64,000 nucleotides of DNA, taken from positions 222 to 64,221 of the forward strand of contig CAYNMA010000002.1 of NCBI GenBank assembly GCA_964398075.1. The letters run 5' to 3'. The notes under the pieces are model-generated. The model saw nothing but the letters and a program-made list of their open reading frames with translations, was not told the DNA's origin and searched no databases. Both the position numbers and the translations under genes were made by a program. The DNA comes from an uncultured Bacteroides sp. (GTDB lineage: Bacteria; Bacteroidota; Bacteroidia; Bacteroidales; Paludibacteraceae). This document shows, one piece after another, positions 46,505 to 56,782 of this stretch (the stretch's first letter is position 1; every line of letters starts with the position of its first letter).

Positions 46505-46804
46505 CGACAATTATTTGAAAGTGCAAAATGGGCGAGAATTGTTTTTCCGTGATACCATGTCCGACTGCTTCCTTCTCGCTCTGTGGCAGAGATAGGAAAG
46601 CGTCATTGAGGATTTATATCAAAGAACATTCAAAATGCGGATTACCTCCACGACTTTCTATAGTAAATTATCTATAGTGAATAAGCTACTTTTTCCAAAG
46701 GTAAGTCAATATTTTGAAATATGCAAGTGTTTTGGCATTTTTTGTGAGGATTGAGAATTGTAATGTATGCTCCCTTTTATTGACTTTAGGTCTACATACA
46801 ACAT

Positions 46805-47386
46805 TCACCGAATAAGTCTCAGCACTTCCTCGCGTTTGGCAGTATCGTCGAATGCACCTGAATACTGCATCGTCATCGTCACAGCATCCGATTTCTGCAC
46901 GCCTCGCATCTGCATACATAGATGTCGTGCCTCCACTATCACCATTACACCCTGCGGTTGCAAGGCTTCATTGATACTGTCCAATATCTCACGTGTCATC
47001 CGTTCTTGCACCTGCAAACGGCGAGCAAACACGTCCACTACACGAGCCAACTTACTCAGTCCTGTGATAGTACCATTAGGGATATAAGCTATATGCACCT
47101 TGCCAAAGAACGGCAATAAATGATGTTCACAGAGAGAATAGAACTCAATATCTTTCACAAAAACCATCTGCCCAGACTGCTCATGAAAGAGTGCCGAACG
47201 CAATATCGCAACAGCATCCTCTGCATACCCCTTACACAAGAACTGATAGGCCTCTCCCACGCGCTGAGGCGTCTTCAATAGACCTTCTCTATTCGGGTCT
47301 TCGCCCAACTGCTGCAGCAACTGTTTGGTTGTTTCTGCTATCTTTTCTGTCAACTCCGCCGACGGAGTAAATGACTGCATATCCAT
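46805..47386 (-). CDS. folE: GTP cyclohydrolase I
   Basis: [18 protein letters not shown] motif. 193 aa. Confidence 0.94.
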   Translation of the reverse strand: MDMQSFTPSAELTEKIAETTKQLLQQLGEDPNREGLLKTPQRVGEAYQFLCKGYAEDAVAILRSALFHEQSGQMVFVKDIEFYSLCEHHLLPFFGKVHIAYIPNGTITGLSKLARVVDVFARRLQVQERMTREILDSINEALQPQGVMVIVEARHLCMQMRGVQKSDAVTMTMQYSGAFDDTAKREEVLRLIR

Positions 47387-47393
47387 AACTTTC

Positions 47394-47855
47394 CTATTGT
47401 ATCACTTGTATCTCACTGCGCACAATATACGATTCTGCCTGCAAATCGGGCAAAACGCGCACCACTTCCTCTAACAACGACTGCGCCTCTTCTTTCGTAC
47501 GGAAATCGCCCAAGCGCACCTTAAAGAATGGAGGGTTATATAGCACATATACAGGTGCTTCTATTCCCGCATCTTTCACCAACTTCTCCATCTTGTAAGC
47601 CTCCGCCTTGGCGGTTTTCTGTTTGTTGCTCGAGAACACCTGCACGCGATAACCTTGTATCACTACCTGTTCACGCTGCACATTGTTTATCTTATCCAAC
47701 AGCAAACGGTCTATCGCAGGGTCACAGTTGACCACCACGTTCTCTTTCATATCCTCAAAGATGGTGGCACGCTGAATAGATGTGGTATCAGTCTTTGCAG
47801 CATAGAGCATTACGCCCATCTGCATAACCAACAAACATAGTAACAATCGTTTCAT
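47394..47855 (-). CDS. SPOR domain-containing protein
   Basis: Signal/anchor peptide and a C-terminal SPOR-like segment (YRVQVFSS...[15 protein letters not shown]). Confidence 0.8.
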   Translation of the reverse strand: MKRLLLCLLVMQMGVMLYAAKTDTTSIQRATIFEDMKENVVVNCDPAIDRLLLDKINNVQREQVVIQGYRVQVFSSNKQKTAKAEAYKMEKLVKDAGIEAPVYVLYNPPFFKVRLGDFRTKEEAQSLLEEVVRVLPDLQAESYIVRSEIQVIQ

Positions 47856-47867
47856 AATGAGTTTCTT

Positions 47868-49550
47868 TTAGTAACGGAACGAACTACCACCCACAAATTC
47901 ACGCAACAACGATGTTGGCGGAATCTCTTTCTCGGGTATGCTGACAAAATACTGCAAGAACTTCAATAGTCGGTGCGCCTCTGTATATTCCTCGCAATGC
48001 TTTGGCACCTCTGCCAAGATAGGCTCTGCATGGCGTTTCAATACGGCCAACTCAAACAAAAGTGCCGAGTTGAACATCGCATCAGCATTCTCCTGATATG
48101 GGTAAATCCATTTCTCTTCACCTCTTTTCACACTATTGCAGCGAGCAATCGTCTCCCGTGCTGAATAGTTGCGGTAACGATAATCACGAATAATACGCCG
48201 CAACAAACGAGTATCGGTTGTCGGTATCCAATTGTGATTGTCCAAGTTGATCGTTGTCAGTGCAGATACATAGATCTTAAAGGTTGCCTCCTTAGGGATG
48301 TTCGGTAGCAATGCCGGATTCAAGGCATGAATACCTTCCAAGATAACAATGTTATCCTTCTCCATCTTTAGGGTATTACCCATGTAATGGCGTTTCCCGT
48401 CCTCAAAATTGAAGGTGGGCAGATTAATTTCTTTGCCTTGCAGCAGGTCGTATAACTGACTGCGGAACAACTCCAGATCCAAGGCATTGATATCCTCAAA
48501 ATCCCAATCGCCATTCTCGTCACGTGGAGTATCCTCTCGGTTAACGAAATAGTTATCCATACTGATAACCACTGGCGAGATGCCGTTCAATCGCAATTGT
48601 ATAGTAAGACGCTTCGAGAAAGTTGTTTTGCCCGATGAACTTGGACCCGATATCAGCACAAACTTCGGTCTGCCACCTTCCCTATTGGCAATCATATCCG
48701 CAATCTGCGACACCTTCTTCTCGTGCAGCGCCTCCGACAGCTTGATCATATCGAACGCCTCATGGTTCTTGCAAGCGATATTGAAGTCTGCTACATTATT
48801 GATATGCATCAACTTATTCCAACCGATATACTCATTGAAGATACCAAAAGTCTTCTCCTGCGGGATATTCTCCTCTAAACGCACGGGCTCATCTCTGTTA
48901 GGGATGCGCAATAACATTCCGTCATAGTACGGCTCCAAGTCGAAGAGGAAGATACAACCCGTACTCGGCATCAATACCCCATTGTAATAATCGATATAAT
49001 CGCCCATGCGGAAGTAGCGAGTATAGGGTTCACCAAAGGTCTCAAACAAGTTCGACTCGCCATCAGTATGTTCATGGAACATCTCTATAACCTCTTGAGT
49101 ACGACGCTCTTCTGATACGATTGGTCTATCCTCGGCGATAATTTTCTGCATACGCTCACGGATATCTGCAACCATCTTTGCGTCCAATTCAGGATGCTGC
49201 TCCTCACCTTTACGCCACTGAATCGTGCAATAATATCCTTTCGAGATAGGGTGCTCTATTCGCAAATCGGCATGAGGGAATAACTCGTGTATCGCACAAC
49301 TGAAAACCATACTCAGCGTGCGGACATAACACCGCATACCACTTGGGCAACTCACATCGATGAACTCGATGTCCTTTGGCCGATAGAGAGTGAAGTTAAG
49401 GTCTTCAACCTTGTAGTTAACACGAGCAGCAGCCAATGGATAAGGCAAATGAATACCCAACATCTTATACACTTCCCCTACTGAACTACCCCGAGGGACC
49501 GAGTGATATTGCTGCGTATTCTTACAGAAGATAGTAATATCGTTTTGCAT
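47868..49550 (-). CDS. Nucleoside (uridine-type) kinase with an N-terminal TGS-like extension
   Basis: P-loop GPSSSGKTT in the C-terminal half. 560 aa, with the architecture common in Bacteroidales. Confidence 0.8.
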   Translation of the reverse strand: MQNDITIFCKNTQQYHSVPRGSSVGEVYKMLGIHLPYPLAAARVNYKVEDLNFTLYRPKDIEFIDVSCPSGMRCYVRTLSMVFSCAIHELFPHADLRIEHPISKGYYCTIQWRKGEEQHPELDAKMVADIRERMQKIIAEDRPIVSEERRTQEVIEMFHEHTDGESNLFETFGEPYTRYFRMGDYIDYYNGVLMPSTGCIFLFDLEPYYDGMLLRIPNRDEPVRLEENIPQEKTFGIFNEYIGWNKLMHINNVADFNIACKNHEAFDMIKLSEALHEKKVSQIADMIANREGGRPKFVLISGPSSSGKTTFSKRLTIQLRLNGISPVVISMDNYFVNREDTPRDENGDWDFEDINALDLELFRSQLYDLLQGKEINLPTFNFEDGKRHYMGNTLKMEKDNIVILEGIHALNPALLPNIPKEATFKIYVSALTTINLDNHNWIPTTDTRLLRRIIRDYRYRNYSARETIARCNSVKRGEEKWIYPYQENADAMFNSALLFELAVLKRHAEPILAEVPKHCEEYTEAHRLLKFLQYFVSIPEKEIPPTSLLREFVGGSSFRY

Positions 49551-49572
49551 AGCGGTGAAAAATTTATGCTTG

Positions 49573-49580
49573 CAAAGTTA
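49573..49580 (-). promoter_or_regulatory. -7 box TAacTTTG upstream of the kinase-SPOR-folE unit
   Basis: The reverse complement of caaagtta, 23 nt from the ATG. Confidence 0.55.
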
Positions 49581-49641
49581 CTGCTTATTTTTCGTTCCTA
49601 CAATACACAAATTTCAGAGCGTATAAATTGTCGATAATTAA

Positions 49642-50763
49642 CTACTCTATAGCTCGATAGATTCCACCAGGCATGGCTTTTACGATACCCTTAAACTCCA
49701 TCTGTACCAATAGGGCAGATACTTTGGAATACATCATCTGCGTCTCCATGACCAATAGGTTGATATGTATTCCCTCTGCATTCTCGTGAAGTATCTTCAA
49801 TAGTGCATTTTCTTCATCGCTAAGGTCGAGAAACATCTTCGTCTGCACAGCTTTAGGTGCCTTGTTCACATCCCACTGCATTGCTTGCAAGATATCCTCT
49901 CCACTCTCCACTAACATCGCTTTATCTTTCTTAATAAGCGCATTACACCCTTTGGAGCAGACGTCCTCAATCCTACCTGGCACGGCAAAGACATCCCTAT
50001 CGTACGAGTTCGCCATCTCGGCAGTCAGCAATGAACCACCTTTCTCTTTCGACTCCACCACCAATGTGGCATCACTCAGCCCCGCTATGATTCGGTTTCG
50101 TGCAACAAAGTTTTGCCTATCGGGTTGCGTACCTTGCATATATTCGGTCAGTATACCTCCATTCTGCAGTGCTGCCACTGCTGTGTTACGATGCACTGCA
50201 GGGTATATTCGGTCCAAGCCGTGTCCAGGAATGATTATCGTCGGTAATCCCGCTTCTATGGCTGCGCGATGTGCAGTGATGTCTATCCCGTAAGCCAATC
50301 CACTCACTATCGTCAAGTCTTTCAATGCCGCTGCCATGTCAAGTACCATCCGTCGGCAAGTATCTTTTCCTCGCTCAGTTGGTACACGAGTACCCACAAT
50401 CGATAAGAAACGACCATTATTCAGGTTCAAATTACCCTTGCCATACAGCAATATCGGTGCATCAGGACATTCACGCAAACGATACGGATAACCCTCCTCC
50501 TGATAGAAATAGGTGGAAATATGGTGTTCATCAATGAAGTTCAACTCCTTGTCTGCACGAGCAAGTGCCTTATCACGATAGTCCACAATACTCGCCACAG
50601 CAGGTGTATTGATATTCGGAATAGCCTCTATATCTTTGCGATTGGCAGCAAAGACCTCACTCGCTGAACCGAAATACTCAATCAGCAAACGTGAGTAGCG
50701 CAACCCAATATTAGGCAGCAACCCTAAGGCAATCTGATACCTCAATTCGTCTTTCTCTTCCAT
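49642..50763 (-). CDS. dprA: DNA-processing protein DprA
   Basis: GLAYGIDITAHRAA and GGSLLTA motifs (Rossmann-like DprA core). Confidence 0.9.
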   Translation of the reverse strand: MEEKDELRYQIALGLLPNIGLRYSRLLIEYFGSASEVFAANRKDIEAIPNINTPAVASIVDYRDKALARADKELNFIDEHHISTYFYQEEGYPYRLRECPDAPILLYGKGNLNLNNGRFLSIVGTRVPTERGKDTCRRMVLDMAAALKDLTIVSGLAYGIDITAHRAAIEAGLPTIIIPGHGLDRIYPAVHRNTAVAALQNGGILTEYMQGTQPDRQNFVARNRIIAGLSDATLVVESKEKGGSLLTAEMANSYDRDVFAVPGRIEDVCSKGCNALIKKDKAMLVESGEDILQAMQWDVNKAPKAVQTKMFLDLSDEENALLKILHENAEGIHINLLVMETQMMYSKVSALLVQMEFKGIVKAMPGGIYRAIE

Positions 50764-51113
50764 ACACAAATCATTACAAAACTACCGATGAATACACCGA
50801 AAATATCAGCCATCCAATCCCATACATCGCCCGTACGAGGTGGAAAATAGTACTCTTGCAGCAACTCTATCACGCCTCCATACACTGTAGGCAGCACCGT
50901 TGACCAAATAATCGCCCTTTTCATCGGGCATTTATCACGATACAAGTCCCACATCAACACCACCGACAAGGTCAAGTACATCAATATATGCACCACCTTA
51001 TCAATATGAGGAATCGTCACTGCGAAAGAGATATGGACATCACGCATAAGGGACAAATACAATATTGTCCCCGCTACTACCGCCGTCGGGATATATGTCC
51101 ATACTCTTTTCAC
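50742..51113 (-). CDS. VanZ family protein
   Basis: 123 aa with four TM helices and a VanZ-like C-terminal pattern (RTGDVWDWMADIFG). Confidence 0.8.
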   Translation of the reverse strand: MKRVWTYIPTAVVAGTILYLSLMRDVHISFAVTIPHIDKVVHILMYLTLSVVLMWDLYRDKCPMKRAIIWSTVLPTVYGGVIELLQEYYFPPRTGDVWDWMADIFGVFIGSFVMICVWKRKTN

Positions 51114-51132
51114 ACAATCCTACGCAATCAAT

Positions 51133-51163
51133 GTAAACAACGCAAACTGTGTAAACAACGCAA
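51133..51163. repeat. Direct repeat GTAAACAACGCAA x2 (period 18) in the gpmI-vanZ spacer
   Basis: Copies at 51133-51145 and 51151-51163, read directly. Confidence 0.85.
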
Positions 51164-51168
51164 TTTTC

Positions 51169-52692
51169 CTATTGTATCAGGTTCTTTCCCGTCATCTCGG
51201 CAGGTTGTTCGATACCCAAGATATGGCACAACGATGGTGCTACATCTGCCAAGATACCGTCACTCACTTTTGCATCCTTCCGATCTGTTACATATACAAA
51301 CGGTACTGGATTCAGCGAGTGCGCTGTGTTAGGCGTCCCATCTGCGTTCTTGGCGTGGTCTGCATTACCGTGGTCTGCAATAACTATCACCTCGTAATCG
51401 TTACGACGAGCAGCCTCTATCACTTCACCTACGCAGTGATCAATTGTCATAACTGCCTTTTGGATAGCCTCATACACTCCTGTATGACCTACCATGTCGC
51501 CGTTCGCAAAGTTCAGCGTGATATAGTCATATTTGCGAGTATCCAAAGCTTTCACCAACGCCTCCGTCACTTGCGGAGCCGACATCTCAGGTTGCAAGTC
51601 GTATGTGGCTACCTTCGGCGAAGGAATCAATATACGGTCCTCGCCCTCAAATGGAGCCTCACGACCTCCCGAGAAGAAGAACGTCACATGCGCAAACTTC
51701 TCCGTCTCGGCAATACGCAACTGCTTCATGCCGGCTTTCGACACAATCTCGCCCATGGTGTTCTCTACATTCTCTTTTGGAAACAAGATATGTACGCCTG
51801 TGAACGAAGAGTCGTAAGGCGTCATGCAATAGTACTGTAAGTCCTTGATTGTGTGCATCCCTGCCTCGGGCATATCTTGCTGCGTCAGCACTATCGTAAT
51901 CTCTTTTGCACGGTCGTTACGGTAATTGAAGAATATAACAACATCACCCTCTTGTATCGTAGCCAATGGCTTATCATTAGCATCTACAGCAACGATAGGT
52001 TTAATGAATTCATCGGTGATTCCTTCCTCGTACGACTCACGCATTGCAGCCAACAAGTCGTTCGCATGTTTGCCTTCACCATTCACCAATAGGTCATAAG
52101 CCAACTTGATACGCTCCCAACGTTTGTCACGATCCATCGCATAATAACGTCCGCAAATAGAAGCAATATGTCCTGCGGTGGTAGCACAATGTTTCTGCAA
52201 ATCCTCGATGAAACCGATACCGCTCTTTGGGTCTGTGTCACGACCATCCATGAAACAGTGAATAAAAGCCTTCTCTATTCCATATAGCTTCGTAATCTCA
52301 CAGAGCTTGAACAAGTGGTCCAGACTGCTATGCACTCCGCCATTCGAGGTCAAACCCATGAGATGAACCTGCTTGCCGTGTTGCTTAGCATAGGTAAAAG
52401 CAGACACAATCTCCGGATTTTGAAGTATCGAATTGTCCTTGCAGGCACGATTAATCTTCACAAGGTCTTGATACACAATGCGTCCTGCACCGATATTCAA
52501 GTGTCCTACTTCCGAGTTACCCATCTGCCCATCAGGCAAACCCACATTCTCACCCGACGCTTGAAGCTGAGAGTGAGGATAGGTAGCCAACAACTTATCC
52601 CAATTGGGTGTTGGGGTTGAATAAATAGCATCGGCTGAGGACTTATCACCTATGCCCCAACCGTCCAAAATCATCAATAATGCTTTTTTCAT
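51169..52692 (-). CDS. gpmI: 2,3-bisphosphoglycerate-independent phosphoglycerate mutase
   Basis: [15 protein letters not shown] (catalytic Ser). 507 aa. Confidence 0.96.
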   Translation of the reverse strand: MKKALLMILDGWGIGDKSSADAIYSTPTPNWDKLLATYPHSQLQASGENVGLPDGQMGNSEVGHLNIGAGRIVYQDLVKINRACKDNSILQNPEIVSAFTYAKQHGKQVHLMGLTSNGGVHSSLDHLFKLCEITKLYGIEKAFIHCFMDGRDTDPKSGIGFIEDLQKHCATTAGHIASICGRYYAMDRDKRWERIKLAYDLLVNGEGKHANDLLAAMRESYEEGITDEFIKPIVAVDANDKPLATIQEGDVVIFFNYRNDRAKEITIVLTQQDMPEAGMHTIKDLQYYCMTPYDSSFTGVHILFPKENVENTMGEIVSKAGMKQLRIAETEKFAHVTFFFSGGREAPFEGEDRILIPSPKVATYDLQPEMSAPQVTEALVKALDTRKYDYITLNFANGDMVGHTGVYEAIQKAVMTIDHCVGEVIEAARRNDYEVIVIADHGNADHAKNADGTPNTAHSLNPVPFVYVTDRKDAKVSDGILADVAPSLCHILGIEQPAEMTGKNLIQ

Positions 52693-52715
52693 ATTGCTAA
52701 TATTTAATCAGTTAT

Positions 52716-53177
52716 CTATCTATTATCTTTGTAGACTCTGTCCAACATACGCTTATCATCTTTCTCGCGCAAGGTCTGGCGCTTGTCGTAACTATGTTTA
52801 CCTTGGCACAGCGCAATCTCCAGTTTTGCCAGTCCTTTTTCATTGATGAAAAGGCGCAAAGGGACAATGGTCTTGCCCGTTTCTTTCGTCATACGCTCCA
52901 ACTTATTCAACTCTTTCCGTTGGAGGAGCAATTTGCGATCTCGTCTTGGTACGTGGTTATTGAAAGTACCCAATGCATACTCTGCAATGTGCATGTTCTT
53001 AACCCACAATTCTCCCGATGAAAACAAGCAATAGGTATCACTCAACCCTGCCTTACCTTCACGAATTGATTTTATCTCTGTGCCATATAACTGCAGTCCT
53101 GCAACATACCTATCGAGTATCTCGTAGTCAAATGTCGCACGCTTATTCTTTATATTTACATCCGTTTTAAACCGCAT
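52716..53177 (-). CDS. smpB: SsrA-binding protein
   Basis: [29 protein letters not shown] is the typical SmpB N-terminus. 153 aa. Confidence 0.94.
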   Translation of the reverse strand: MRFKTDVNIKNKRATFDYEILDRYVAGLQLYGTEIKSIREGKAGLSDTYCLFSSGELWVKNMHIAEYALGTFNNHVPRRDRKLLLQRKELNKLERMTKETGKTIVPLRLFINEKGLAKLEIALCQGKHSYDKRQTLREKDDKRMLDRVYKDNR

Positions 53178-53203
53178 AATCTCTCCTATATTTTAGTCCA
53201 ACC

Positions 53204-53243
53204 ATCCCATTATCCCATTATTCCATTATCCTATTATCCAAGT
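53204..53243. repeat. Five tandem 8-mers (ATCCCATT x2, ATTCCATT, ATCCTATT, ATCCAAGT)
   Basis: Read directly. The complement (GGGATAAT type) is on the smpB sense strand, 27-66 nt upstream of its ATG. Confidence 0.9.
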
Positions 53244-53404
53244 TCAATATTCCCATTTTCAATGTTCTCATTGTTGTTTCACCCTCTCATGCTCAAAGCT
53301 TCATACAGCATATACCATAGTCTCAACCGCCAATAATCAAGTTTCCAAACGTCTTTCCCAAACATCTATATTATAGATAGAAAAAACACATATCCTTCAA
53401 GCCT

Positions 53405-53412
53405 GCAAAGAT
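53405..53412 (-). promoter_or_regulatory. Only canonical -7 box (TAtcTTTG) in the smpB upstream region
   Basis: The reverse complement of caaagata. It would give a leader of about 220 nt that contains the 8-mer repeat. Confidence 0.4.
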
Positions 53413-53725
53413 ACAACTCTTTTCCAATATCTGCAATCCTAAAAAATAACAACTATAATCCTAAACAACGCCCCACTCATTAAACGCCCCAATCGTTTTT
53501 TGAGTTTATGATAATCATCGTAGGGACACCTGCAAATACCTGTGGCTAGCCTAAACCAAAGAGTAGCGGTTGATGTCTTAAATTCTCAGCCGCGCAGTGG
53601 CAAGGATAAAGAACCCCCACGCATTAGAAAGAAAGAATTTCCATCTCTTGTGTCTTCACAGAACCAGAAAAGTTTTCCGTCATTTTCGCAAGCACACTGT
53701 GCAAGCAGTGGCATACCAAGAAAAT

Positions 53726-56026
53726 CTACTTCATCACCAGTATCTTCACCAGCGCATACTCCCCACCATCGGCACTATTACAGTGCGCATAATACACCCC
53801 GCTCCGCACCCGTTTCCCGTATGCATCGTTGCCGTCCCAAATAGCGATACCCCCATTAGAGATAGTCGAACATACAAGATTCCCTGCGACATCGGTAATC
53901 TTCACTACTGAGTTCTCCGACAGCTTAGCAATCGTTATAACTCCCTCAAACTCAGACCGTACCGGATTCGGATACGCGTACGCTTCCGTCAACTTCTCTT
54001 GCCCCTTGGCAGCGTCACCTTGATAAGAAAGCAACCCCGCATCCGTGCCAATAAACACCTCACCGTTCTCGTCATTGATAGCAATCGCCGTGATAGTATT
54101 CGACAGCAACGGCGAGTTCTCCGCCGTGAAATGCTCAATCGTCTCTTTCCCGTCAGCCGACATCAGATAGACGCCAGAAGTCCCAGTGCCTATCCATTTC
54201 CGATTGGCGCCATCCACCGCTATCGCATTGATACTCTCGTCATTAAGCAGATAATCGGCAAGGTTCGTCCCATCGTTACGCCGAATTTTGATGCGCGTAC
54301 AAGCATTGGAAGTAAACAGTGTCTCAGGGTCCTCAAAAGTCAGGATACCCGCATTCGTCCCCAACCAGATCGCCCCATCATTATCTTGCGCCATAGAGTA
54401 GACATACTCGGGCGTGATAGTGTTCCCATCTTGGTCCACAAAAGTCGAGTAGAGCGCAGCCTTATCGTCATTATCATTATCTAATGTGCCATTATCATTG
54501 AATATACCGATACCCGCACTCACGCGTGCGTATGAGCAGAACTTCACATTTGGGTTCTGATTCGATATGATGATGTTCTTACAACGGTTAACCTTGTCAT
54601 ATTGACTTGCAGTATTATTGATCGAATGCCACTGTCCATCGGGCGAGAGTATCTTCACCCCATCGGGCGCATAGTTATAAAAAAACAAGTTATTGTCCGC
54701 ATCCACGGCAAAAGCGTCAACCCAACTATACCGTTGCGGGTTACTCTCCACCAAAGTGATAATCGGACTGTTGTCAATATTATACAACTTGTAGAACTCA
54801 TCATTGCGGAACTCAATCAGTCCTCCGCTACTAAAACCCGCAATAAAGAAATGCGACGGCTCCCCATTGAGACAGATCATATCCGTAAAGTCCATGGCAT
54901 AATACCCAATATGCTCCTTAAAATACGACTGTGGGAAGTTCAGCCATGCCCCATTCTCATAGATTACCGCATGCCCTTCACGCCCGTAAGGCACTGCAAG
55001 ATAGCCTCCTGACACCACAAATACACGCCCTTCCTTGACCCGAATCCGATAAATCGTGTTGCTAATAGGGCCCTCAGGTAAGTAGTTGTTGAAGGTATTA
55101 TTCCTCACATCATACTTCCCCAACCCGTCCGAGTAATAAGCAAACCAATAGGTCTGGCTCGCTGTATTGTACACAACATCGGCGGCATTGATATACGCAT
55201 AGATAGGTGTCGCCGCAAGAGCCGTATCAATAACGTAAGTGACCGTCGGCGTCAACGCATAGAGATGGTCGCCCTGCACTCTTATCTTGCTGATACTCTT
55301 CGCCTCGCTGTACGCCTTCCACACCCCATCTTGTCGGATTGACAGTACACTGTCGCGCAGCAGACACAGCTGACCATTGAACACTGCAACCTGACTAATC
55401 TTTTTATTGGGCACATCCTTCAGCGTATGCCAATGAGCATAATCCACCAAGTTATCGTTCAGATGCGCACAATACACCGAATCCGCCGATGACGCATAGA
55501 TCGAATCATCGATGACGCATATCGATTCCACCGCAATCTTTGCCGCTTTTGCACCGATGTAATAGGTATCTTGTATCTCCCTCCTGCGCAGATTCAGCGC
55601 AATGATACCAAAATCCATCGCAATATACGCCTTCTCCCCGTGCAGACAAATCGCATTAGCCTGCTTGCTGAGTGTCGTCTGCGTGTTGTATAGGTCGGGA
55701 ATGTTGTAGATCGTGTTGTCGTCATAAAGGATATCAATATTGCCGTCCACATACAGCAGCAGAAGCCCATGAATAGCCGTCGAGTACCGCATCTGCGCAA
55801 TGTTTATGTCGCTCAACCCAGTCAGTTTGTTACAAGTCGCAATCTCCTCCGTCTCCTTGTCGAGATAGAACAGCGCCCCGTCGCTGAGGGCATAGATCCG
55901 TTCAGCGTTTTGCTCAACGGCTGTGACGTTATTGTAGGCATAATGGATGTTCCATCCGTGCATCTCTGTCTGCGCCCAAATCAGCGGGCAAACGAACAGC
56001 AAAGCAATGAATAATGGTCGTTTCAT
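53726..56026 (-). CDS. Double beta-propeller protein with a T9SS C-terminal sorting domain, PorZ-like
   Basis: Signal peptide MKRPLFIALLFVCPLIWAQ and about 680 aa of propeller-type repeats. The C-terminus AYPNPVRSEFEGVITIAKL...ITDVAGNLV...RSGVYYAHC...VKILVMK is a classic T9SS CTD. Size and architecture match PorZ, but the name itself is an inference. Confidence 0.6.
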   Translation of the reverse strand: MKRPLFIALLFVCPLIWAQTEMHGWNIHYAYNNVTAVEQNAERIYALSDGALFYLDKETEEIATCNKLTGLSDINIAQMRYSTAIHGLLLLYVDGNIDILYDDNTIYNIPDLYNTQTTLSKQANAICLHGEKAYIAMDFGIIALNLRRREIQDTYYIGAKAAKIAVESICVIDDSIYASSADSVYCAHLNDNLVDYAHWHTLKDVPNKKISQVAVFNGQLCLLRDSVLSIRQDGVWKAYSEAKSISKIRVQGDHLYALTPTVTYVIDTALAATPIYAYINAADVVYNTASQTYWFAYYSDGLGKYDVRNNTFNNYLPEGPISNTIYRIRVKEGRVFVVSGGYLAVPYGREGHAVIYENGAWLNFPQSYFKEHIGYYAMDFTDMICLNGEPSHFFIAGFSSGGLIEFRNDEFYKLYNIDNSPIITLVESNPQRYSWVDAFAVDADNNLFFYNYAPDGVKILSPDGQWHSINNTASQYDKVNRCKNIIISNQNPNVKFCSYARVSAGIGIFNDNGTLDNDNDDKAALYSTFVDQDGNTITPEYVYSMAQDNDGAIWLGTNAGILTFEDPETLFTSNACTRIKIRRNDGTNLADYLLNDESINAIAVDGANRKWIGTGTSGVYLMSADGKETIEHFTAENSPLLSNTITAIAINDENGEVFIGTDAGLLSYQGDAAKGQEKLTEAYAYPNPVRSEFEGVITIAKLSENSVVKITDVAGNLVCSTISNGGIAIWDGNDAYGKRVRSGVYYAHCNSADGGEYALVKILVMK

Positions 56027-56604
56027 AGACATGCGTGATTGATATATTCCCATAATGCAGCGAGTGCGCGGCTGCGATGACTAATCTTGTTCTTTTCCTC
56101 CTCCCCCATTTCCGCAAAAGTACCGATGAAACCGTTAGGAATGAATAGCGAATCGTACCCAAACCCTTGCCCGCCACGCTCCGTCTCTGCGATGACTCCG
56201 TCGACCGTTCCCTCGAACTGATGCTCCTCCCCGTGAACAATAAGCGTGATAACTGTCCGAAACCGAGCCTTCCTGTTGCTCACTCCCGACAACTCTTGTA
56301 GCAACTTCGCCCTGTTTCGTGCCGGATCCGATGGCTCACCTGCATAGCGTGCCGAGTAAACTCCAGGCGCACCATTAAGGGCTTCCACCTCCAAACCCGT
56401 GTCATCCGAGAAGCAATCAACGCCAAAATGTTCGAATACATACCGAGCTTTCAGCCGTGAGTTCCCCTCCAAAGTCGCCTCCGTCTCAGGTATATCTGCG
56501 TGACAATCAATGTCATCGAGGCCCAGAATCTCGACCTTCGACGAGAATATCTCGCGCGCCTCGGTGAGCTTGTGTGGATTATTTGTGGCAAATACAAGTT
56601 TCAT
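56023..56604 (-). CDS. rdgB: Non-canonical purine NTP pyrophosphatase (RdgB/HAM1)
   Basis: MKLVFATNNPHKLTEAREIF and GFGYDSLF motifs. 193 aa. Confidence 0.93.
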   Translation of the reverse strand: MKLVFATNNPHKLTEAREIFSSKVEILGLDDIDCHADIPETEATLEGNSRLKARYVFEHFGVDCFSDDTGLEVEALNGAPGVYSARYAGEPSDPARNRAKLLQELSGVSNRKARFRTVITLIVHGEEHQFEGTVDGVIAETERGGQGFGYDSLFIPNGFIGTFAEMGEEEKNKISHRSRALAALWEYINHACL

Positions 56605-56611
56605 ACGGCGG

Positions 56612-56619
56612 CAAAGTTA
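56612..56619 (-). promoter_or_regulatory. -7 box TAacTTTG only 8 nt from the rdgB ATG (near-leaderless arrangement)
   Basis: The reverse complement of caaagtta at 56612-56619. The ATG is at 56602-56604. Confidence 0.35.
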
Positions 56620-56725
56620 GCACTATTTACGCACATTCCGAAACCTTTCCCCGAAAATCAACCTACCTCCCTCCAAATTCCCTGCGAAAACATACCCACA
56701 ACAGTCCCCAAAACGCAAGCAAGAA

Positions 56726-56763
56726 GTCGCCAATCAGTAGGTGATCAGTCGCTCATCAGTAGG
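56726..56763. repeat. 16-mer direct repeat GTCGCCAATCAGTAGG / GTCGCTCATCAGTAGG separated by the palindrome TGATCA
   Basis: Copies at 56726-56741 and 56748-56763, read directly. They match at 14 of 16 positions. Confidence 0.85.
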
Positions 56764-56782
56764 GCGAATCTCGAGCGTATAA

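Noticed and set aside
47390-47404. 15-nt exact repeat TTTCCTATTGTATCA at two gene ends (47390-47404 and 51165-51179)
   Set aside because: Both copies simply encode ...IQ-stop (ATA CAA TAG) plus GAAA. A few 15-nt exact matches are expected by chance in 64 kb when both strands are counted (about 4 by N^2/4^15). This is a coincidence.
53542-53911. Two overlapping plus-strand ORFs (100 and 104 aa) at the PorZ-like gene 3' end
   Set aside because: They overlap each other and the T9SS CTD coding region in antisense. The sequences are basic and low-complexity.
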